In this document: positions 37,061-43,581 of the stretch, one piece after another
Layout of the letters: each line of letters begins with the position of its first letter
Numbering within the stretch: the first letter of the stretch is position 1
DNA from: a candidate division WWE3 bacterium
Lineage (GTDB): Bacteria > Patescibacteriota > WWE3 > 2-01-FULL-39-13
NCBI GenBank assembly: GCA_943354835.1
Contig: CALRDH010000002.1
Coordinates: forward strand, 106,270 to 170,269
DNA length: 64,000 nt
Direction: 5' to 3'
Notes under the pieces: generated by a model
Databases searched by the model: none
Told to the model about the DNA's origin: nothing
The model's input: only the letters and a program-made list of their open reading frames with translations
Made by a program: the position numbers and the translations under genes

Positions 37061-39076
37061 ATGGATAAACTCTTACATGAAAATATAGAAATCGGCGGCG
37101 AAGGAGTTAAATCAATCCTAGCTAAATTTAAACCAGAAGAGGCGATAGCTGAGTTTATCTGGAATGGTTTTGATGCAAATGCAACTGAGGTCAATCTCGA
37201 CTATGATGTTTCTAGGGAATTGGGTGAGGTAGAGTTTATAAAGATATCAGATAATGGAACTGGAATTCCTCAAAATAAATTAAATAACAAATTCAAACCG
37301 TTTTTTGAATCAGAAAAAGCCAAAAATGGAAAAGATAAATCTCACCACTCTCTTACTCACGGAAAAAATGGAATTGGGCGCCTGACATTTTTTACCTTCG
37401 CAAACAAAGCTTGCTGGACAACAAGATACGAAGAAGAAACGCAGATAATTAAAGAATATGATATTGAGATTCAATCAAGGGATATAGAAAACTATACAGG
37501 AAGCAATACAGATCTTAGAGGTACGAATGAGAAGACAGGAACAGTTGTTGAGTTTACAGGCATAAATAAGTTAAACAAATATGACTTTGAAGGAAAAGTG
37601 TTAGAGCATCTACGCCAAGAGTTTGGTTGGTTTTTAGAAATATTTTCAAAATTAGGCTATTCACTTAATATTAATGGTAATAAACTTGACTATTCTAAAA
37701 TTATTGGAGATAGGGACTCAATAACTTTAAAGTATGCTGCTAATGACACGCAGTTTAATCTAGGTTATATTCGCTGGAATACGCACCTGAAAAATGAATA
37801 CTCAAGATTTTACCTTTTAAACAGCAAAGGGAAAGAGATTTGGAAGGACACTACCAAACTTAACAATAAAGGAGACTCTTTTTACCACAGCATTTTTGTT
37901 AAGAGCGATTATTTTGATAATTTCACTTACGATGAACAACAGTCAAATGGAGAAATAACACTTTTTGGTCACTCCAAAGAAGATGAAGAATATAAATATA
38001 TTGAAGAAGAAATAACAAATTATTTAAGAAAAAAAAGAAAACCTTTTTTAAAAGAGTTTGCAGAACAGTTAGTTAATACATATGAAAATGAAGGTATCAT
38101 GCCCACTTTTCAATCAGAATGGGATAAACCTAGGAGGGAAGAATTAAGAAATGTCATAAAGAATCTCTATGAGGTCGAGCCAAAAATATTCAGTCAATCA
38201 AGTATTGAACAAAAAAAGACATTTGTTAGACTACTAAATACTTTGTTAGATACTGAAGATAGAGAACGTATTTTACAGATTATTAAGGAGGTAGTAGATC
38301 TTGACGAACAAGAGCAAACTGATTTATTAGATCTACTTAAAGCTACAAAACTAGATAGAATAATCTCTACAATTAAATTTATTCAAAATAGATATAAAAC
38401 AATTGATGAGCTGAAAGCGATTGTTTTTGATAAAGAATTAAAAGGAAATGAACGAGACCATATTCAGAAATCAATAGACTTTAATTATTGGATATTTGGG
38501 GAGCAATACCATTTACTATCTACAACTGAGGCAAAGTTTGATACAGCATTAAGACAATACACTTCATATTTAACTGAGTCGCAAGACATAATTCCTATTA
38601 CACATATAGATAAAAATAAAGAAATGGATATATTTATGTGTAGACAAATGAAAGGAATCAATAAAATTGAAAATATTGTAGTGGAACTAAAAAGCCCTAG
38701 TGTGAATTTGGGTGAAAAGGAAGTGAGTCAAGTGAAGAAGTATATGAGTGTGATTTTAAGCACTGATCAATTCAATAGTGACAATACGTACTGGGAATTT
38801 ATCTTAGTTGGCAACAGATTTGATTCTTCTGGATATATTGAAGGGGAGCTTGAAAATAGTAAAGGGCATGGTGAACGAAATAATGGACTAATTTTTAAGA
38901 ACGATAAATATAGAATTTATGTAAAAAAATGGAGTGAGATTTTTGAAGAATTTGAAATAAGGCATAAGTTTATTGAAGAAAAGTTAGAAATCGCACGAGA
39001 TAGTATTGCATCAAATTATTCTTCCGCAGATGAAATTATTCAAATACAACAAGATAGATCTCAAAAAGTTATTTAA
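37061..39076 (+). CDS. GHKL (MORC/MutL-like Bergerat-fold) ATPase fused to C-terminal PD-(D/E)xK nuclease-like domain
   Basis: Bergerat motif I EFIWNGFDANATE (ExxxNxxDA), motif II ISDNGTGIP, G-box HGKNGIGRL; C-terminal MDIF...IVVELKSP candidate D...ExK; 26 bp downstream of mod on the same strand. Confidence 0.55.
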   Translation: MDKLLHENIEIGGEGVKSILAKFKPEEAIAEFIWNGFDANATEVNLDYDVSRELGEVEFIKISDNGTGIPQNKLNNKFKPFFESEKAKNGKDKSHHSLTHGKNGIGRLTFFTFANKACWTTRYEEETQIIKEYDIEIQSRDIENYTGSNTDLRGTNEKTGTVVEFTGINKLNKYDFEGKVLEHLRQEFGWFLEIFSKLGYSLNINGNKLDYSKIIGDRDSITLKYAANDTQFNLGYIRWNTHLKNEYSRFYLLNSKGKEIWKDTTKLNNKGDSFYHSIFVKSDYFDNFTYDEQQSNGEITLFGHSKEDEEYKYIEEEITNYLRKKRKPFLKEFAEQLVNTYENEGIMPTFQSEWDKPRREELRNVIKNLYEVEPKIFSQSSIEQKKTFVRLLNTLLDTEDRERILQIIKEVVDLDEQEQTDLLDLLKATKLDRIISTIKFIQNRYKTIDELKAIVFDKELKGNERDHIQKSIDFNYWIFGEQYHLLSTTEAKFDTALRQYTSYLTESQDIIPITHIDKNKEMDIFMCRQMKGINKIENIVVELKSPSVNLGEKEVSQVKKYMSVILSTDQFNSDNTYWEFILVGNRFDSSGYIEGELENSKGHGERNNGLIFKNDKYRIYVKKWSEIFEEFEIRHKFIEEKLEIARDSIASNYSSADEIIQIQQDRSQKVI

Positions 39077-40577
39077 TTAAATATTTCAAAATAGTGTATA
39101 TCTTCAACATCGCCATTGTGTCCATTTCACAGTACCTGAGTAGGTTTTCTTTAATTGTTTCTTTTTTTGAAGTTTCTGCATTTTCATATACCATTTCAAA
39201 CCAGCTCGTCATGGCTGTTGCGCCTTCTCCAATTTCGAGTTCATTGTATGAAAAATCAGGAGCAAAAAGTGGAAGCACATTTTTTATTGAGTAACTCCCT
39301 TTTAGTTTTGGATCTGCGTACCATTGTTTTTGAAATATATCCATGAGGTCATAGATCCGCTCATTCATATTTAGGCAAAAATCTGCAAACTGAGGGTGAA
39401 TTTCTGCCATGCGTTTATTTTGTGTTCCTTCAAATGATTTATTCCAAACGATAAGCGAGCCTTCTTTTCCAATGTGTTTTTGCAGTTCTGTCAAAAAGTT
39501 TGGGATAGGATCAATTTGAGACGTTTCTATAAATTCAAAATGTTCTAGCTCTCGGCCTTGTTGTTGTATGTGCAGTGACCACTGAAAAGGCATCTGATCA
39601 AATGGTTTGTAACCATCATACATAGGAATAGCCGGGTTATATGATTCATAATCGATAAAATAAAGTGGGTAGATTACTCCACTTAAATCTTTTTGAATCT
39701 TGTTTGAATCGATCTCAACCTTATTGTTTTGAGCAACATCTACTTGAAAGCGTTGTATTTTTGAAAGTGAAAAGTCTTTTGGTACATCAAAAACACTTTC
39801 AATACCTTGATCAATAAGATCTCGCATCTTGGCAACATTCGCCGATAATCGATTAATATCGTAGATAGAATAATCTGGAAGATCTGGGTGACAGATATCG
39901 AGACAAGGACACTCTTTTGGTTTAATGCATTTATCAGCAGATTGTAGATTGTTTTTTTGGGCTGTAGTAAAAGCTTCTTGTCGTAACTCTATAACTTCAT
40001 CGGTTAGTTTGCTAACTTCTTCTGTAATATCAGAGACAGTGAATAATTCAGATAGGCTTACATCTCCACTGCGTACATATTCTTTATTAAGATGTAGTAT
40101 GTTTAGCGTTCCTATGTCGTAAGACTCTCTAAATACGAGGTATTGAAAAGTGGCATCGAATTTGTGTGTCTTTTTAACATCATTGGTACTTTTGATTTCA
40201 TAAATATCCCACTTATTTGTTTTGACGTTTTTAATGAGAACATCTGTTCTTGCCTGAAAGTTGCCGTGTATGTGTGTTGGCTGTAAAAATACATTATCAG
40301 GGTCAATCTTGTAACTTGGGATGAGGATGTTCTGAATGTATTTTTCAGCTTGCTCTTCTACCTCATACCCTTGATCGAATAGGTGTTGAATAAAAACATT
40401 TATTTCTTTTTCAGAAAGCTTATTGTTTTTCAGTGCCCAGAGATGCCGTGGAGCATCGAGGAAAGCTATAAAGTCGGTTTTTGTGATCATCATGTATCTT
40501 CCGATTATACTGGAAAATGAAATTATATCTCTCATTATTGGGTGGTTTTCCCTTTTCTTCCTATCATGCTTCTTCAT
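39069..40577 (-). CDS. DUF2779-like dual nuclease: RecB/Cas4-like PD-(D/E)xK with 4-Cys cluster plus C-terminal DEDDy 3'-5' exonuclease-like domain
   Basis: N-terminal D(VLI)...YEIK...QYLVF (D, ExK, QxxxY) and CIKPKECPCLDIC cluster; C-terminal Exo I DYE, Exo III YCEMD; 8-nt convergent overlap with 37061..39076. Confidence 0.55.
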   Translation of the reverse strand: MKKHDRKKRENHPIMRDIISFSSIIGRYMMITKTDFIAFLDAPRHLWALKNNKLSEKEINVFIQHLFDQGYEVEEQAEKYIQNILIPSYKIDPDNVFLQPTHIHGNFQARTDVLIKNVKTNKWDIYEIKSTNDVKKTHKFDATFQYLVFRESYDIGTLNILHLNKEYVRSGDVSLSELFTVSDITEEVSKLTDEVIELRQEAFTTAQKNNLQSADKCIKPKECPCLDICHPDLPDYSIYDINRLSANVAKMRDLIDQGIESVFDVPKDFSLSKIQRFQVDVAQNNKVEIDSNKIQKDLSGVIYPLYFIDYESYNPAIPMYDGYKPFDQMPFQWSLHIQQQGRELEHFEFIETSQIDPIPNFLTELQKHIGKEGSLIVWNKSFEGTQNKRMAEIHPQFADFCLNMNERIYDLMDIFQKQWYADPKLKGSYSIKNVLPLFAPDFSYNELEIGEGATAMTSWFEMVYENAETSKKETIKENLLRYCEMDTMAMLKIYTILKYLIK

Positions 40578-40582
40578 TCTAT

Positions 40583-40702
40583 GGGGTTAAAATCATCTGT
40601 CAAAAGGTGGGTTTTTAGCTCGTTCCTCACTAAAAATCCTTTTTGACTTTGCTTTGCTCCGCAAAAACTTTTGACAGACCACTTTCGTTTGATTTTCACC
40701 CC
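40583..40702. repeat. Long imperfect inverted repeat in the DUF2779/RadC intergenic region
   Basis: Arm 40583..40610 GGGGTTAAAATCATCTGTCAAAAGGTGG; reverse complement of arm 40668..40702 shares GGGGT(T/G)AAAATCA and TCTGTCAAAAG blocks. Confidence 0.6.
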
Positions 40703-40782
40703 ATGCCCCTTTTTTTGCATGATAGGAATAAAAATCTTATCTGCAAGTTATTAATTTATTAAAGAAAGGGGGTGAGATCGAG

Positions 40783-41199
40783 ATGATTATCAAACTGCAA
40801 GATGCCAAAGTATCAGTAGCTAGTCCTAAGTGTGTATTTGAGCTGTTAAAAGCTTACTTTCTGACACTTGATGATTTTGATCAAGATAAAGAACACTTCT
40901 TTGTTTTTCATCTGGATATTAGAAACAAAATCAAAATTATGGATTTGGTTAGTGTTGGTACTCTAACACAGTCATTAGCGCATCCAAGAGAGGTATTTAC
41001 AAGAGTTATTCATAAGAGAACACCAGCGATAATACTTGCCCATAATCATCCATCAGGCGAAACAAGTCCGTCTTATGAGGACATAAGCATAACTAAACGC
41101 TTGTGTGAAGCTGGAAAGATACTCTCAACAGATGTAATAGATCACATCATTTTTACTGATAATGAGTTCTATAGCTTTAAAGAGCATGAGCTGATTTAG
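40783..41199 (+). CDS. RadC-like JAB/MPN domain protein
   Basis: JAMM motif HNHPSGETSPS; strong RBS AAGAAAGGGGGTGAG. Confidence 0.85.
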   Translation: MIIKLQDAKVSVASPKCVFELLKAYFLTLDDFDQDKEHFFVFHLDIRNKIKIMDLVSVGTLTQSLAHPREVFTRVIHKRTPAIILAHNHPSGETSPSYEDISITKRLCEAGKILSTDVIDHIIFTDNEFYSFKEHELI

Positions 41200-41233
41200 A
41201 GGTAGTAGTTATTAATTTATTCCCTTAAAGGAG

Positions 41234-41560
41234 GTGAAAGTTATGAAATTATTAACAAAGGAATTGTTGATGAGGTTTGAGAAGGTTGGCAGACAAGAGG
41301 ATGATAAAGATCCGATTGTTATTGCAAAGTTCTTTAATCCAACAGGAGCAGGTACTTGGCTTGCAACTGAGTACGATCCTCATTCAAAAGAATTCTTTGG
41401 ATTTGTATCGATATTTGGTGATTACAACGACGAGTGGGGATACTTTTCTCTTGATGAGCTAGAAAGCTACATTGGTAGATTTGGCTTAGGCATTGAAAGA
41501 GATAGGTATTTTACCGAGAAACGAATGAGTGAGGTAATGCCAAGTGCAATACTAGAGTAA
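41234..41560 (+). CDS. Small conjugative-element-associated protein (DUF2958-like, hypothetical)
   Basis: 108 aa with RBS AAAGGAGGTG; such families commonly sit next to RadC in ICEs; assignment tentative. Confidence 0.35.
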   Translation: MKVMKLLTKELLMRFEKVGRQEDDKDPIVIAKFFNPTGAGTWLATEYDPHSKEFFGFVSIFGDYNDEWGYFSLDELESYIGRFGLGIERDRYFTEKRMSEVMPSAILE

Positions 41561-41568
41561 GTTAAACT

Positions 41569-41600
41569 AATCCGTGGGTAGTGAAAGCTACCTGCGGATT
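41569..41600 (+). terminator. Hairpin (13-bp stem, 6-nt loop), copy 1 of repeated terminator-like module
   Basis: AATCCGTGGGTAG-tgaaag-CTACCTGCGGATT; module GAGTAAGTTAAAcTAATCC... repeated at 41795. Confidence 0.55.
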
Positions 41601-41641
41601 TAGTTTCAGATTATTATTAATAGTTAAAGGATATAAAAAAT

Positions 41642-41800
41642 ATGATAAACCCATTACTAACCGAACCATTTGAGAGTGAGATTTTAGAGCTGATTGAAAC
41701 GAGTGACGAGTTTACAACCAGCGACCTACAAGGCGTTGTTACCGTGTTGGTGAACAAGATTATGATTAAAGGGCACGAGATTTTGAAAGAGTCAGAGTAA
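41642..41800 (+). CDS. Small acidic hypothetical protein (52 aa, below ORF-track cut-off)
   Basis: ATG at 41642, stop TAA at 41798-41800; followed by hairpin copy 2. Confidence 0.25.
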   Translation: MINPLLTEPFESEILELIETSDEFTTSDLQGVVTVLVNKIMIKGHEILKESE

Positions 41801-41808
41801 GTTAAATT

Positions 41809-41851
41809 AATCCGTGGGTAGTTGCCAACAGCTACCTGCGGATTTTTTTAT
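41809..41851 (+). terminator. Rho-independent terminator (hairpin copy 2 plus T-tract)
   Basis: AATCCGTGGGTAG-ttgccaacag-CTACCTGCGGATT followed by TTTTTTTA. Confidence 0.7.
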
Positions 41852-41862
41852 ATTCAGGACTT

Positions 41863-42216
41863 TTGATTAATTTTATAAATTTAGATTATAATGAATTCAT
41901 GTACAAAATATTTGTAATGGTTCCAGTAGAAAATACAGATGAGATTATTACTGCAATGGCTGATGCGGGGGCTGGAGTTATAGGCAACTACACTCATAAT
42001 GCTGTTATTACCGCTGTTATGGGTAATTGGATGAGTGAAGAGGGCTCTAACCCCACAATTGGAGAAGTAGGCAAAATGAGCAGAGAATCAGAAAACAAAG
42101 TAGAAATGGTTTGCCCAGAAGATAAATTAGAGGGAGTTGTTAAAGCAATGCGAAAAGTTCACCCATATGAAACAGCCGCAGTTGATGTAATTAAGTTAGA
42201 AGATCTAAAATACTAA
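41863..42216 (+). CDS. CutA/PII-like small protein (NIF3 insert-domain-like)
   Basis: C-terminal HPYETAAVDV motif; likely true start at MYKIFVMVPV (41899). Confidence 0.4.
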   Translation: MINFINLDYNEFMYKIFVMVPVENTDEIITAMADAGAGVIGNYTHNAVITAVMGNWMSEEGSNPTIGEVGKMSRESENKVEMVCPEDKLEGVVKAMRKVHPYETAAVDVIKLEDLKY

Positions 42217-42217
42217 T

Positions 42218-42667
42218 ATGAATCAACAGGAACTTAATCAAAAAGCAAAGGATATTGTAAATTCAAACAAATACGTGAGTCTTGCTACAACAGATCAATC
42301 AAGACCTTGGATTGCTCCAGTTTTTTACTGTAAAGATGACAAATACAACTTTTATTTCATCTCTCAACCAGAAAGCTTACACATAAAGCATCTAAAGTTT
42401 ACGAATGAGGTTGCTTTTGCTATTTTTGACTCACACCAAGAGGAAGGCCAGGGAAATGGTGTTCAGGGATCAGCAAAAGTTGAATTATTGGAAGGTGACC
42501 AGATTGAAGATGGCTTGAAGTACTACTCGACGAGTTTTATTGAAATGACCACGGAATCTTTAAGAGAACCTTCTCCATATAGGTTGTACAAAATGATTCC
42601 AGAAAAAGTATTTATACTGGATGCAGAAGCAGATGTAGACAAGAGAATTGAAGTGTTTTTTAATTAA
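42218..42667 (+). CDS. PNPOx-like FMN-binding split-barrel protein
   Basis: KYVSLATTDQSRPWIAPVFYCKDDKYNFYFIS characteristic of the general stress protein 26 / PNPOx fold. Confidence 0.6.
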   Translation: MNQQELNQKAKDIVNSNKYVSLATTDQSRPWIAPVFYCKDDKYNFYFISQPESLHIKHLKFTNEVAFAIFDSHQEEGQGNGVQGSAKVELLEGDQIEDGLKYYSTSFIEMTTESLREPSPYRLYKMIPEKVFILDAEADVDKRIEVFFN

Positions 42668-42672
42668 ATTTT

Positions 42673-43437
42673 TTATTCGTCAATCTCCACCTCGCTCCAC
42701 ACATCCCCAGTTGCACCTAGTTGTTTAATTTGTTCTTTGGTTGTTGTTTGAAATGTTAGGTTTTCTATCTGCTCGTTTCTGCAAATTAGTTTTACTTTTT
42801 TAGTAACATATTCTTCAATTTCATTGTTTGGGCAGATAAATAATATTGTGGGTATCTGTTCTTGTTTGATCCAGTCTCCTTTTGTAAAGAAGGTTATATA
42901 TTGGTTTATTCGGTTAAGAATGAAAAAGCGGGGTTTTTCTGGAAATATCTCTGCTATTAAGTATGGTTTCGTCTTCCCCTTGCGGAAGACGAAGAAAGGA
43001 AAAATTTCTTTGATAATCCCGTCTAGTGAGTATTCTGATCTTGTGTAGAAGGTAAGTCCTTCTTTTGTGCCGTATTTCTTTAGTAGATTGATATAAATGT
43101 CTGCAATTAAAACACAGTTTTCAATAAATTTAGTGGATCTTGTATCTTCTTGATATAGCTTTGTAATGTATGCCTGTTCTGCGTAATCTTGAGTTTTGAT
43201 AAACTTCATTCCATTAGTTTTAAGATAGTAAACCGCCGGTTGGTTATTTATTTTTGAAGTTGTATCTAATTTTCGACCTGTATAGCCTTTATCCGTTAGA
43301 TCTTTTAGCCATGCGTTTATTCTGTTGTATGTTTTGTGGTTAAGTAATGTTTGTATCTGGATTCTATTGAGGAATCTGAATTTATAGAGTAAATATAGTA
43401 TAGTTTTTTGTGTATTTGTTATTGTAGGTAGTTTCAT
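42673..43437 (-). CDS. Replication-relaxation family protein (wHTH)
   Basis: N-terminal LTNTQKTILYLLYKFRFLNRIQIQTLL; directly downstream of the coupling protein. Confidence 0.5.
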   Translation of the reverse strand: MKLPTITNTQKTILYLLYKFRFLNRIQIQTLLNHKTYNRINAWLKDLTDKGYTGRKLDTTSKINNQPAVYYLKTNGMKFIKTQDYAEQAYITKLYQEDTRSTKFIENCVLIADIYINLLKKYGTKEGLTFYTRSEYSLDGIIKEIFPFFVFRKGKTKPYLIAEIFPEKPRFFILNRINQYITFFTKGDWIKQEQIPTILFICPNNEIEEYVTKKVKLICRNEQIENLTFQTTTKEQIKQLGATGDVWSEVEIDE

Positions 43438-43581
43438 TTTTTTATTTAATGATTCGTTCTTTTTGTAGTACGAATTTTTCTTTTCCTTATTCATAAGGAA
43501 TAAAGAGTACAAAAAATATTTTGTTTTTCCTTTTATATCAACTAATACTCAATTAATTTTGTGTTAGCTGATGACACAAGA

